Positions 1-8,955 of a stretch of DNA of 64,000 bases are shown piece by piece. Both the position numbers and the translations under genes were made by a program. The notes beneath the pieces are model-generated. The model saw nothing but the letters and a program-made list of their open reading frames with translations, had not been told where the DNA came from and did not search any database. The DNA is from Myxococcota bacterium (GTDB taxonomy: Bacteria; Myxococcota_A; UBA9160; UBA6930): the NCBI GenBank assembly GCA_965223705.1, contig OZ245015.1, positions 32,001 to 96,000 on the forward strand, in the 5' to 3' direction. How positions within the stretch are numbered: position 1 is the first letter of the stretch; each line of letters starts with the position of its first letter.

Positions 1-505
1 TTGTTCCGGAACCTCCTTCCGAACCGATCCAGAGGAGGGCGAAGACACCGGCCGCCACCCAACCGACGTAGGCGACCATGACGTCGGCCGCGAGGATCAA
101 CAAGAGAACCGCGGACGTTTCCGCCAGAACGAAAAGCGTCAGGCGGCGCCCCTGATCTCCGGGCAACGTGCGTGCCGCGAAGCAGCTGACGACCGCCGCC
201 GACGCCAGCGCGAGCGACGTAAGGCCCGCGACCGGATCGAAACGCAGACTCATCTCGGCAGAGAAGCGGACCGATTCGAACCACGTAAAGAGAGGTGGGT
301 CGTGCACGATCCGCTCTCCGGGGAGCGAGAACGTCAAGTACCAACCCGCTAGAGCGAGGATCCCGAAGACGCCTCCGGAAACCGCGACTCCGAAGTGAGC
401 GGCGTAAGCTTTGCTCACGACGGGTTGCTTCCCGGCGACTCCCAACGCCCCGACGAACGGCAATACAATCGCAACGTAGAGGAGGACGAACTCAGAACCT
501 ACCAT
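1..505 (-). CDS. nuoL: Divergent NADH-quinone oxidoreductase subunit L (NuoL)-like membrane protein, N-terminal part, runs off window start
   Basis: Hand translation from ATG 505: MVGSEFVLLYVAIVLPFVGAL...LFTWFESVRFSAEMSLRFDPVAG...LILAADVMVAYVGWVAAGV. This follows the NuoL pattern (LP..GA, FTW, L.FDPLS, L..A.N....F.GWE..G). The start overlaps the nuoK stop (ATGGTAG). Not in the ORF track because it has no stop in the window. Confidence 0.75.
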   Translation of the reverse strand, partial: MVGSEFVLLYVAIVLPFVGALGVAGKQPVVSKAYAAHFGVAVSGGVFGILALAGWYLTFSLPGERIVHDPPLFTWFESVRFSAEMSLRFDPVAGLTSLALASAAVVSCFAARTLPGDQGRRLTLFVLAETSAVLLLILAADVMVAYVGWVAAGVFALLWIGSEGGSGT

Positions 506-801
506 CGCAAACGACTCGCGGATTCGAGATCGGCAGAGCCGCGCGCGCGAACCCACGCCGCGATCAGAGCCGTCGCCACGGGAAGTTCGAGCACCGCGAT
601 CACGACGACCAGAGTGGCCAAGCCGAGAGAAGAACCGGAGCTCTCCCAACGAGAGGCGTAGCCGACGAGAGCCAGAACGATTCCACCCGTTGTCAACTGG
701 ACCGACATCCATGCGATCCAGACGTTGCGCCGGAGCAGTGCTCCCCCGATCCCGAGTCCGATCAGCAAGGCTGCGACGGCCAACGTGTGAGAAAGAGGCA
801 C
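499..801 (-). CDS. nuoK: Divergent NuoK-like protein (100 aa)
   Basis: GTG 801 overlaps the nuoJ stop (TAGTG). MPLSHTLAVAALLIGLGIGGALLRRN..MSVQL...ELPVA...LRW matches NuoK length, the LRRN motif and the C-terminus. Confidence 0.85.
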   Translation of the reverse strand: MPLSHTLAVAALLIGLGIGGALLRRNVWIAWMSVQLTTGGIVLALVGYASRWESSGSSLGLATLVVVIAVLELPVATALIAAWVRARGSADLESASRLRW

Positions 802-1262
802 TACGAATCCCGTCGCGCGCTGTCTTGCAGCGCGCTGACGGCGACGAAGGCCGCAGTGACCAGACAGGAACAAGCTCCGAGGGCGAGAAGGAGATCGCTA
901 TCGAGGACCGGGTCGGACCTGCCCCGGCTCGGAGCGCGCAGTGCGATGCCCACGACCGCGGCGGTCCCGAACGCCACGACCCCGGCGCCGATCGCCCGGG
1001 CGACGCGTCGCCCGGGCCGCGCTCTCGGCGCGACCTCCTCGGCACCGATCGTGGCGACCATCAGGAGGAGACAAGCGCAGGAGTACGCGACGAGATGGAC
1101 AACGCCCACAAGTGCTGCGCCCGACAAGAGATACAAGCCCGCGAGCGCGACCATCGAGAGCCACAGGCGGGATGCGGCGCGCGCGGGGCTCTGCGCGAGA
1201 ACGACTCCGACGCCGCCCAACAACGCAGCCGCTGCGAGCCCGTAGGGCAGCCACGCCATCAT
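801..1262 (-). CDS. nuoJ: Divergent NuoJ-like protein
   Basis: ATG 1262 overlaps the nuoH stop (ATGA). VVLAQSPARAA..L..SMVALAGLYLLSGA..VGVVHLVAY resembles NuoJ TM1-3. It lies between nuoH and nuoK. Confidence 0.75.
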   Translation of the reverse strand: MMAWLPYGLAAAALLGGVGVVLAQSPARAASRLWLSMVALAGLYLLSGAALVGVVHLVAYSCACLLLMVATIGAEEVAPRARPGRRVARAIGAGVVAFGTAAVVGIALRAPSRGRSDPVLDSDLLLALGACSCLVTAAFVAVSALQDSARRDS

Positions 1263-2275
1263 GCGGACGAGACCCACCAAGCGGTCCCCAGCGCGTTCAG
1301 AAACGCCAAGGGGATCACGGCCAACTCGACGCGCCCGAAGAACGGCGTCGATCGAGGAGCGGGAAGCACCGCTTCCGCGACGAAAAAGGCACTCATCACG
1401 ACCAAGGTTTTCGCGACAAATGCGCTCACGTGGATCACGGCGCAAATCGCAGTGCCGAGCCCGGTCCCCAGGAAGGACGCGGCTTCGATGATATGCGCCT
1501 GATCCGCGTACGGTACGGACCACGCCCCCATGTACAACGTGACGATCCAGGCCGCGATCAGGGGGCGCCACAGCAAACGCGTCGCGCGCGTCAGCTCGCC
1601 GTAGGGCCCCGACCGACCGTCCGGCACGTAGCTGCCGAAGAGCCGACACACGGTCAACGCGACAGCGACAAACAGCAAGCAGCCGATGGGTTGCAGCACG
1701 ATTCCCCAAGCGGGGAGCGGCGGGAGCGCGTCGGCGATCCGGATGACCCGATCCTGCGCGGCGGCGATTGCGGCCAGGCGCGTAGAGCCGAAGGCGATCG
1801 CAGTGCCCGCCACAATGAGGGTCCAAGCGGCGGCCGCCGCCAGCGAGAAGACCGAGCGGCCGGAGACCTTGAGCGAGCCCGCGGCGACCCAAGCAGTCGC
1901 CGTCGCGCCGGCCACCAGTACGAGTAGGCTGCCGGGGAGATCCGAAAGCGTGAGTTGGACCGTACCGACGCCAAAGCTATAAGCGCCACCGAACGGCAGC
2001 AGGGCGAACAAGGACGTCGCCCCCACAAAGCCCGCGGCAACGCCGAATCGCGAAGTGCCGCTGTGGTCGTACCCGCGCGTGTCGCTCTTCGCGGCGGCCT
2101 TCACCACGTCGGCGATCGGACGAAGGAGCCCGAACATCCGCGCGGTCGATAGCTCGATCCGATCCGGCAGCACGCGTCCTTCGACGAGCGCCGGGACCTT
2201 CCGAGAAAGCCAAGCCGCGCAGGGAAGGAAGAAGCCCAACACGACCAGGACCAAAACGATCGACGGCCCGATCAC
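1259..2275 (-). CDS. nuoH: Divergent NuoH-like protein
   Basis: RK.PA...R..PDR, GLLRPIADVVK...K.D, LPFG, WGIVLQPIG and GAWSVPY are recognisable NuoH segments. 338 aa, multiple TM helices. Confidence 0.85.
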   Translation of the reverse strand: MIGPSIVLVLVVLGFFLPCAAWLSRKVPALVEGRVLPDRIELSTARMFGLLRPIADVVKAAAKSDTRGYDHSGTSRFGVAAGFVGATSLFALLPFGGAYSFGVGTVQLTLSDLPGSLLVLVAGATATAWVAAGSLKVSGRSVFSLAAAAAWTLIVAGTAIAFGSTRLAAIAAAQDRVIRIADALPPLPAWGIVLQPIGCLLFVAVALTVCRLFGSYVPDGRSGPYGELTRATRLLWRPLIAAWIVTLYMGAWSVPYADQAHIIEAASFLGTGLGTAICAVIHVSAFVAKTLVVMSAFFVAEAVLPAPRSTPFFGRVELAVIPLAFLNALGTAWWVSSA

Positions 2276-2631
2276 GGACCCTCGGTCGTGGTTCGCGGGG
2301 GTACCCGACGGCGAGACGCGTATACGAAGCCGAGGAACCCGGGGATTCCGAGGGCCATCAACGCAGGCGTCGCCGAGCCGATCCGCGAAAGAGGCGCGAC
2401 CACGACCAACAAGAGGGCCGCCCCGACGACGAGTGTGAACAGAAGTGGAGTCGTCAACGCTGCGGAAGTCGCGGGCGGCTCCAAAGCCTCGTGGCGGCGC
2501 TCGGTGCGGGGGCCCGCCACGGGCCGTCGCCGACGCAGGGCAAGAAGGAACAACGCGGTTGCAACGCTCGCCGTCGCGACGAAGGTCGCAAAGGACGCGA
2601 GCTCACCGCGGGTGGCGAGCACTTCGGGCAT
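2272..2631 (-). CDS. nuoA: Divergent NuoA-like protein
   Basis: 119 aa, 3 hydrophobic segments. RHEALEP sits where NuoA has YECGF.P and LGFVYASRR where it has .GF.Y.W.K. GTGA overlap with nuoH. Confidence 0.6.
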   Translation of the reverse strand: MPEVLATRGELASFATFVATASVATALFLLALRRRRPVAGPRTERRHEALEPPATSAALTTPLLFTLVVGAALLLVVVAPLSRIGSATPALMALGIPGFLGFVYASRRRVPPRTTTEGP

Positions 2632-2749
2632 ACCGTGCGCTAACCCCCCGTTAGAGCAGCGGAAACGCGGCGAACCTAGCCAGCGCTCGGAACGCCGTCA
2701 AGAAAAGGCGAAGCCGAGAAAAGGCGCACGCGCGGTGTAGACTCGGATC

Positions 2750-3754
2750 ATGGCCACTCCGATCGCGGTGCTCGGTGCGGGGAGCTTCGGGACGTGTCTC
2801 GCGATGCTCTGCGCGCGAAAACACGACGTGCTGTTGTGGGCTCGCGATCCGGAAGTTGCGAAATCGATCAACGAAACGCGTCACAACCCGCGCTACTTGA
2901 CCGACGTCGCGTTGCCGACGGGCGTGCGCGCGACCTCGAGCATCGAAGAGGCGCTCGAGGGGCGCGAGCTCGTCGTGGTCTCGGTCCCGAGTCACGGCGT
3001 GCGCTCGGTGATGACGAAAGCCCACACCTACCTCGATGAAAACGCGGTTCTGGTTCTGACGTCGAAAGGCATCGAAGTCGACACGGGCCTCACGATGGAT
3101 CGGGTCTTGCGCGAAGTGCTGGATCCGATTTTCCATCCGCGCATCGTCTCGCTCTCGGGCCCGTCCTTCGCGCGCGAGATCGCCGAGGAACGACCCACAG
3201 CGGTGACCCTGGCGAGCTACGACGAGACCTACGCCATCTCCGTGCAGGCGGAAATCTCCTGCCCGTGGTTCCGGTGCTACTCCCATGACGACGTGATCGG
3301 CGTCGAGATCGGGGGCGCGATGAAGAACGTCATCGCCATCGCCGTCGGCATGTGTGATGGACTCGGGCTGGGTTTGAACGCGCGCGCGGCGCTGATGACG
3401 CGGGGCTTGCGAGAAATGACGCGGCTGGGGGAGCGCCTCGGGGCGAATCCGCTGACTTTTCAGGGCCTCTCGGGAATGGGGGATCTCCTGCTCACCTGCA
3501 CCGGGGACCTGTCTCGAAACCGAAGTGTCGGACTCGAGCTCGGCCGCGGACGGAGCTTGGCGGACATCACGTCGGGGATGAACCAAGTCGCGGAGGGCGT
3601 GCGCACCACGAGCGCGGTGTGCCGGCTGGCGGACCAACTGGAAGTGGACATGCCGATTGCTCAAGCCGTACGCCTCGTGATCGAGGGACGCGCGAATGCC
3701 ACGGAAGCCGGCGGCATCCTCATGAGCCGACAGTTGCGCGCTGAACTCGACTGA
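2750..3754 (+). CDS. gpsA: NAD(P)H-dependent glycerol-3-phosphate dehydrogenase
   Basis: GAGSFG Rossmann motif, SKGIE, SGPSFA, GGAMKNVIAIA, GDLLLTC, SRN, AEG. Confidence 0.97.
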   Translation: MATPIAVLGAGSFGTCLAMLCARKHDVLLWARDPEVAKSINETRHNPRYLTDVALPTGVRATSSIEEALEGRELVVVSVPSHGVRSVMTKAHTYLDENAVLVLTSKGIEVDTGLTMDRVLREVLDPIFHPRIVSLSGPSFAREIAEERPTAVTLASYDETYAISVQAEISCPWFRCYSHDDVIGVEIGGAMKNVIAIAVGMCDGLGLGLNARAALMTRGLREMTRLGERLGANPLTFQGLSGMGDLLLTCTGDLSRNRSVGLELGRGRSLADITSGMNQVAEGVRTTSAVCRLADQLEVDMPIAQAVRLVIEGRANATEAGGILMSRQLRAELD

Positions 3755-3774
3755 ACCCGCCGGGTCTCGTACTC

Positions 3775-3798
3775 TGATGAAATCGAATTTCACTTTCA
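3775..3798. promoter_or_regulatory. Putative Fur-type operator upstream of feoAB
   Basis: AT-rich inverted repeat TGAAAT-CGA-ATTTCA (3778-3792), resembling the 7-1-7 Fur box, about 50 nt upstream of feoA. Confidence 0.55.
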
Positions 3799-3843
3799 CT
3801 TACGAGCGACGATGAATCTCCGAACCGCAGAACAGGTCGTTCG

Positions 3844-4107
3844 ATGAGCCGACCCGATGCGCGTGCGAACCTCGCGGCCCTTCGCCCGGGCGATGCCGCG
3901 ACGGTCACCGAAGTCGTCGCGGACGGTCCCATCGCGCAGCGCCTCTGTGACCTGGGGTTCTTGCCGGGCACCGAGGTGGCGTTGCTGCGGCGCGCGCCGC
4001 TGGGGGACCCACTGTGCTTCTCCGTTCGCGGGACCGAGCTCTGCCTGCGCGGGAGCGAAGCGGCACAGGTCCTCGTCGCACCGGCGGGGTCCGCGAAGCT
4101 CTCGTGA
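3844..4107 (+). CDS. feoA: Ferrous iron transport protein A
   Basis: RL.DLGFLPG..V...RRAPLGDP....VRG..L.LR..EA. Confidence 0.95.
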   Translation: MSRPDARANLAALRPGDAATVTEVVADGPIAQRLCDLGFLPGTEVALLRRAPLGDPLCFSVRGTELCLRGSEAAQVLVAPAGSAKLS

Positions 4108-5984
4108 CCGCCGCCGCCCTTCGACTGGGCCTCCTCGGCGCGCCCAACTCCGGCAAGACCACCCTCTTCAACGCACTGACCGGTCTTCGCGCAAAAGTCG
4201 CGAACTACCCGGGAGTGACGGTCGAGCACCGCGAAGCCACCCTCGCGCTCGGAGATCGGACCGCCACCCTGATCGACCTGCCGGGGACCTACAGCTTGTC
4301 GCCCGTGTCCGCCGACGAGGCAGTCGTCTCCGATCTGCTGGCCGGACGTCTTTCGGGCAGCGCTCCGCCGGACGCGCTGGTGATCACGGCCGATGCGTGC
4401 AGCCTCGAACGCGGGGTGCTCTTCATCTCCCAGGCGCTGCGACTCGGTCTCCCGACGTGTCTGGTCCTTACGATGATCGACGAGCTCAGCGCTCGCGGGG
4501 GTCACATCGCACCGGAGGCGCTCGAAGTCGCACTCGGCATCCCGGTCGTGGGTGTCGTCGGGACCCGCGGCGTCGGACTCGATCGCCTGCGCGGTCTCTT
4601 GGATCGGCCGGAGGCGTGGCCGCGACCGGTCATCCGCCCTCCCGAGTCGGGTCCCGAACGCGACGGTTGGGGTCAATCCGTCCTCGGGCGCGGGGAATGG
4701 CGCGCCCCGGAGCCGCATCGCCCGTCCCGCCAAATCGATGCGGTTCTACTTCACCCGGTTTGGGGTCTTCTGATCTTCCTCGGCGTCATGCTGTTCTTCT
4801 TCCAGACCATCTTCGCCTGGGCCGCCCCGGCCATGGACGGGATCGACGGTGCGATCGGCGCCGCCGCCTCGGCGGTTCGCGGCGGACTTCCAGAAGGCGC
4901 GTTCGCGGACTTCCTCGCCGACGGCGTCATTGCCGGTGTCGGCTCCGTCGTGATCTTCCTGCCCCAGATCGTTCTGTTGTTCGCCCTGCTCACATTTCTC
5001 GAGGGCCTCGGCTACATGGCACGCGCGGCTTTTGTCGTCGATCGGGCGATGGCGCGGGTCGGGCTCGAAGGCCGCGCGTTCGTCGCCCTGCTGAGCTCCT
5101 ACGCGTGTGCAGTCCCCGGCATCATGGCCACGCGGACGGTCCCCTCTGCGCGGCTCCGCTTGGTCACCATCCTCGTCGCGCCGCTGATGACGTGCTCGGC
5201 CAGACTTCCCGTGTACGCACTCCTCATCGGAGCCTTCGTCCCCGCGACGGCCCACGTCGGCCCGCTCGGCGCCCAGGGACTTGCGCTGTTCGGGCTCTAT
5301 CTGCTGGGCGGTGTCGCCGCACTGGTCGCCGCACTCGTGTTGCGGCGCACCGTCGGGAAGGGCGAGGGCCTTCCCTTCTATCTCGAGTTGCCGTCCTACC
5401 GTTGGCCGCAGCCGCGCGTCGTCGCTTTGCAGGTGTGGGACCGGGCGAAGAGTTTCTTGAAGCGCGCCGGCACGATCATCCTGGCGGCTGCGATCGTCCT
5501 TTGGGTCCTACTGAACTTCCCGCGACAAGAGGGAGCGCCCGGCGTCGCGCCGGAGGAAGTCGCGCGGCATGCGATCGAAAACAGTTACGCGGGGCGGCTC
5601 GGGCATGCGATCGAACCTTGGATCGCACCCCTCGGTTTTGACTGGAAGATCGGCGTGGGCTTGGTTGCGAGTCTCGCCGCCAGGGAAGTGATCGTCGCGA
5701 CACTCGCGCAGATCTACGCGGTCTCCGATGCGGAAGAACGCTCCCTGCGAGACGCGGTGCGCAACGATCGCGATCCAGAAACGGGCGCTCCGGTCTTCAC
5801 GACCGCGACGGTGGCGTCGCTCCTCGTCTTTTTTGTGTTCGCGCTGCAGTGCACGTCCACGATTGCTGTAATCGCTCGAGAAACCCAGTCGTGGCGTTGG
5901 CCCGCCTTCGCCTTTGGCTACCTCTTGGTGCTGGCATATGCTGCAAGCTTCATCACGTATCGAGTCACCCTTGCAATCACGTAG
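4104..5984 (+). CDS. feoB: Ferrous iron transport protein B
   Basis: GTG overlaps the feoA stop. G motifs GAPNSGKT, NYPGVT, DLPG; membrane motifs FLPQI, GYMARAAF, CAVPG, CSARLPVY. Confidence 0.97.
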   Translation: MTAAALRLGLLGAPNSGKTTLFNALTGLRAKVANYPGVTVEHREATLALGDRTATLIDLPGTYSLSPVSADEAVVSDLLAGRLSGSAPPDALVITADACSLERGVLFISQALRLGLPTCLVLTMIDELSARGGHIAPEALEVALGIPVVGVVGTRGVGLDRLRGLLDRPEAWPRPVIRPPESGPERDGWGQSVLGRGEWRAPEPHRPSRQIDAVLLHPVWGLLIFLGVMLFFFQTIFAWAAPAMDGIDGAIGAAASAVRGGLPEGAFADFLADGVIAGVGSVVIFLPQIVLLFALLTFLEGLGYMARAAFVVDRAMARVGLEGRAFVALLSSYACAVPGIMATRTVPSARLRLVTILVAPLMTCSARLPVYALLIGAFVPATAHVGPLGAQGLALFGLYLLGGVAALVAALVLRRTVGKGEGLPFYLELPSYRWPQPRVVALQVWDRAKSFLKRAGTIILAAAIVLWVLLNFPRQEGAPGVAPEEVARHAIENSYAGRLGHAIEPWIAPLGFDWKIGVGLVASLAAREVIVATLAQIYAVSDAEERSLRDAVRNDRDPETGAPVFTTATVASLLVFFVFALQCTSTIAVIARETQSWRWPAFAFGYLLVLAYAASFITYRVTLAIT

Positions 5985-6822
5985 CAACCGGTTCGCGAAC
6001 GCGATTCTTCTCCTCCTGCTGTCAACCGCCGTTTCATGGCTGGCCACGGCCTGCGGCCCCAGATACGCCCGGGTCAAGGTTCAAGACTCGGGTGGGATCT
6101 CGATCAAGCTGCGCTCGCAAAAGGGCGTCGAGCGCGGCTTCGCGCATCCGGCGACGATCTCGGGAGCGCGACTCGCTCACATCCTCTCGTTCGTCGACGT
6201 CCGCGCTGAGAAAGACGGCCGAAAGCCGGCGGTTCATCTCGACTCGGTCTATCCCCTGGGCGAATCGCTGTCACGTGCGTTCGCGCGGGCCGAGTCCCAC
6301 CAGGAATTGGTCGTCGAAGTAACGCGCACCGAACGACGCCTCGGCCTGTTTACCGACAAACACCTGACGAGCTTCGTCACGTATCTCGAGGGTGATTCCC
6401 TCATCATCCATTGGTCCCGAGTGGACTGGCCGGTGCCCAAGCAACGCGAAGACGATTCCCTCGAGCCGTGGCCGAATAAACGGGTTCAGTCGTTTCGCGT
6501 TCTGCCTTCGGAGTACATCGCCGCGGTCGGCACCCAGGGCGTTTCTGTCGACTGGCGTGACAAGCGGTTCCGCCACGCGTCGAACCTGCGCTTCAGTGCC
6601 GGCGGCAAGCTGCGCCGAAAGCAAATGCTTCTCGACGCGGGAGGCGGTGCCGAGGTGGAAAACGAAGTGCGGAGTGACGAGCCGGTGTTGCCGAAGGGGC
6701 TGTCACCCGCGCAGCTCCGCGATCTTGCCGATCTCGAGGAAGCGCGACGCCAGGGTGAGGTTGCGGAAGCGGAGTATCACCGGCGACGGCGCGAGATTCT
6801 CGAAGCGGCTTCTGCGCCCTAA
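5971..6822 (+). CDS. Putative lipoprotein with C-terminal SHOCT domain
   Basis: Probable TTG start. Hydrophobic signal ends in the lipobox LATA-C. C-terminal L..L...R.QGEV.EAEY...RREIL fits SHOCT. Confidence 0.7.
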   Translation: MQSRSNRFANAILLLLLSTAVSWLATACGPRYARVKVQDSGGISIKLRSQKGVERGFAHPATISGARLAHILSFVDVRAEKDGRKPAVHLDSVYPLGESLSRAFARAESHQELVVEVTRTERRLGLFTDKHLTSFVTYLEGDSLIIHWSRVDWPVPKQREDDSLEPWPNKRVQSFRVLPSEYIAAVGTQGVSVDWRDKRFRHASNLRFSAGGKLRRKQMLLDAGGGAEVENEVRSDEPVLPKGLSPAQLRDLADLEEARRQGEVAEAEYHRRRREILEAASAP

Positions 6823-7316
6823 CGCGCCAGCTCGTCAAACAGCGCGCGCAGAGAGACGCGTTCGAGGCTGCCGTCGCCGCGCTCGCCTTCGATCTCGCGC
6901 AGCGCGTCCTCCCGCGGTCCCAGCTCGAGACAGTGCTCCGGCGGCAGCGTTTCGAGCGCCGGACCGTCTTCGTTGACCGGGCAGATATCTCGCCGTTCGA
7001 CGCGCGCGTCGTGATCGAGCCAGCGGAGCGGCAACCCTTGGGTGCGGCAAACGTAGGGGCGGCGCTCGTAGATCCGGCAGCGGCCGTCGCCGCCCAAGAA
7101 CGCACAAGCGCCCGGAGGATGCGGTGCCTGGCCCCGCAAACGGCCCGTGTTCGCCGCTCGAATTTCGTCCGCTTCGACTGTGAAGACCGTGATGTCATCT
7201 CGACAGCAGGACACGCAGCCGAGTTTGCAGCGAAGGCGACCCGCGTTACGCCGCTCGAGTTCCGCGACATCGGAATCGACACGGTCGTAGAAATCGGCGA
7301 GTCGCCCGCGGCTCAC
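6819..7316 (-). CDS. YkgJ-family cysteine-cluster protein
   Basis: CKLGCVSCC, CAFL...GRCRIYERRPYVCR; probable GTG start 7316. Confidence 0.85.
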   Translation of the reverse strand: MSRGRLADFYDRVDSDVAELERRNAGRLRCKLGCVSCCRDDITVFTVEADEIRAANTGRLRGQAPHPPGACAFLGGDGRCRIYERRPYVCRTQGLPLRWLDHDARVERRDICPVNEDGPALETLPPEHCLELGPREDALREIEGERGDGSLERVSLRALFDELAR

Positions 7317-7323
7317 AGTAGCC

Positions 7324-7848
7324 CTACAACAATCGGTCGTCGCTCGGTGAGGCCCCTTCCATCGCGAGGAGACGCCGCTTGAGCGGAAGACCGCCCCCAA
7401 AACCGCCGAGCTTTCCGCCGGCGGCGACAACTCGGTGACACGGAATCACCAACGGCAGCGGGTTCGCGCCGCTAGCTGCTCCGACCGCCCGCATCGCGCC
7501 GGGCTTTCCGATCGAGGAAGCGATTTCCCCGTAGGTCCGGGTCGCACCGTAGGGAATGGCTCGAAGCGCCGACCAGACTTCCCGCTGGAAGACCGTGCCG
7601 TAGAGCTCGAACTCGAGCTCGAAACCGTGGCGCTTGCCTTCCAGGAACTCCTGCACCTGGCGAATTGCGCCCCGATTGTGCGCATAGCCCTCTTCGATCG
7701 GCGCCGACGCCAAGTGCTGCGCGACGAACCCCTGGAAACCGCGCCCCGAGGCGCGAGGCAGACCGAGATAGATGAGTTTTCCGCAACAGCTCGCGGCCAA
7801 CATGCCGCCTTCCGATGTTTCGAAACGAGCCGTGTGGACGATCTCCAT
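7324..7848 (-). CDS. ogt: Methylated-DNA--protein-cysteine S-methyltransferase
   Basis: GT.FQ..VW..L..IPYG.T.TYG, RAVG.A...NP, active-site PCHRV. Confidence 0.95.
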   Translation of the reverse strand: MEIVHTARFETSEGGMLAASCCGKLIYLGLPRASGRGFQGFVAQHLASAPIEEGYAHNRGAIRQVQEFLEGKRHGFELEFELYGTVFQREVWSALRAIPYGATRTYGEIASSIGKPGAMRAVGAASGANPLPLVIPCHRVVAAGGKLGGFGGGLPLKRRLLAMEGASPSDDRLL

Positions 7849-7885
7849 GAGATCGCCACAATACCATGCTTGCGGAGGTTCCGGG

Positions 7886-8869
7886 TTGGCACACGTGTTG
7901 GTTACAGGCGGCGCTGGTTACATCGGGAGCCACGCACTGCGCGCGATCGTGGCGGCGGGGCATCGGGCGGTTGTCGTTGACGATCTACGCACCGGGCGGG
8001 CGGAGTTTGTCGGCGACGCCCCCCTCGAACGTTGCGACGTCGGTGACGCTGACGCGCTCGATCGAGTCTTTCGAAAGCACTCGTCGATCGACGGCATTCT
8101 CCACTTCGCGGCTTCGACGTCCGTTCCCGAATCGACCCGCGATCCGGTCGGCTATTACGACAACAACACCGTTGCGAGCCTCCGGCTACTCGACGTCGCA
8201 CGGCGCCACGGTGTGCGCGCCTTCGTGCTGTCTTCGACGGCGGCGGTGTACGGGAATCCGTCTCGCGTGCCGATCGACGAAGAAGCGGCTTGCGAGCCCA
8301 TCAATCCCTACGGCCGCTCGAAGCTCGTCTTCGAACAAATGCTCTCGGACGTCGGAGCGAGCGAACACCTCGCGTGGTGTGCGTTGCGCTACTTCAACGC
8401 GAGCGGTGCGGATCCCAACGGTGATTTGGGCGATTGTCGTCGCCCGGCATCGCATCTCGTACCGGCTGCTCTCGAAGCTGCGAGCGGCCTGCGCGAGAGA
8501 CTCGAGCTCTTCGGGACGGACTACCCGACGGCGGACGGAACCTGCATCCGCGACTATATCCACGTCAGCGATCTCGCGAGCGCACACGTACTGGCGCTCG
8601 AATCGCTGCTCGACGGCGGCGATTCCGGTGTCTTCAACTTGGGGACGGGGCGGGGCGCATCCAATCGCGAAGTCATCGAGACAGCCGCGCGCGTGTCGGG
8701 CCGCGCCGTTCCGATGGTCGAAGTGGGCCGTCGGCCCGGGGATCCCGCAGAACTCGTGGCAGATGCTTCGCGCTTCAAGCAGCGCTTCGGTTGGCAGCCT
8801 CGGCATTCATCGCTCGACGAAATCGTCGAAACGGCCTGGCGCTGGATGCGTGACGGCGGAACTCCCTAA
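7886..8869 (+). CDS. galE: UDP-glucose 4-epimerase
   Basis: TTG start with GGAGG RBS; VTGGAGYIGSH, SSTAAVYG, YGRSK, LRYFN, RDYIHV. Confidence 0.95.
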   Translation: MAHVLVTGGAGYIGSHALRAIVAAGHRAVVVDDLRTGRAEFVGDAPLERCDVGDADALDRVFRKHSSIDGILHFAASTSVPESTRDPVGYYDNNTVASLRLLDVARRHGVRAFVLSSTAAVYGNPSRVPIDEEAACEPINPYGRSKLVFEQMLSDVGASEHLAWCALRYFNASGADPNGDLGDCRRPASHLVPAALEAASGLRERLELFGTDYPTADGTCIRDYIHVSDLASAHVLALESLLDGGDSGVFNLGTGRGASNREVIETAARVSGRAVPMVEVGRRPGDPAELVADASRFKQRFGWQPRHSSLDEIVETAWRWMRDGGTP

Positions 8870-8878
8870 CCGCTAAAT

Positions 8879-8935
8879 CGCCGCGCCCCTGCGCGGGGCG
8901 GCGTAGGCGGCGAAGCGGTTGCCCGCCTCGCCGCC
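8879..8935. terminator. Two GC-rich hairpins between convergent galE and the H1-like gene
   Basis: Imperfect hairpin CGCCGCGCCCC-TGCGC-GGGGCGGCG and GGCGGCGAAGCGG-TTGC-CCGCCTCGCCGCC. No U-tract. Confidence 0.4.
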
Positions 8936-8955
8936 CAGCGATACCGCGGGGGCTT

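Noticed and set aside
1..2631. Calling the nuo-like genes pseudogenes or an Mrp antiporter
   Set aside because: No frameshifts or internal stops are visible and translational coupling is intact. NuoH- and NuoA-like subunits are not part of Mrp.
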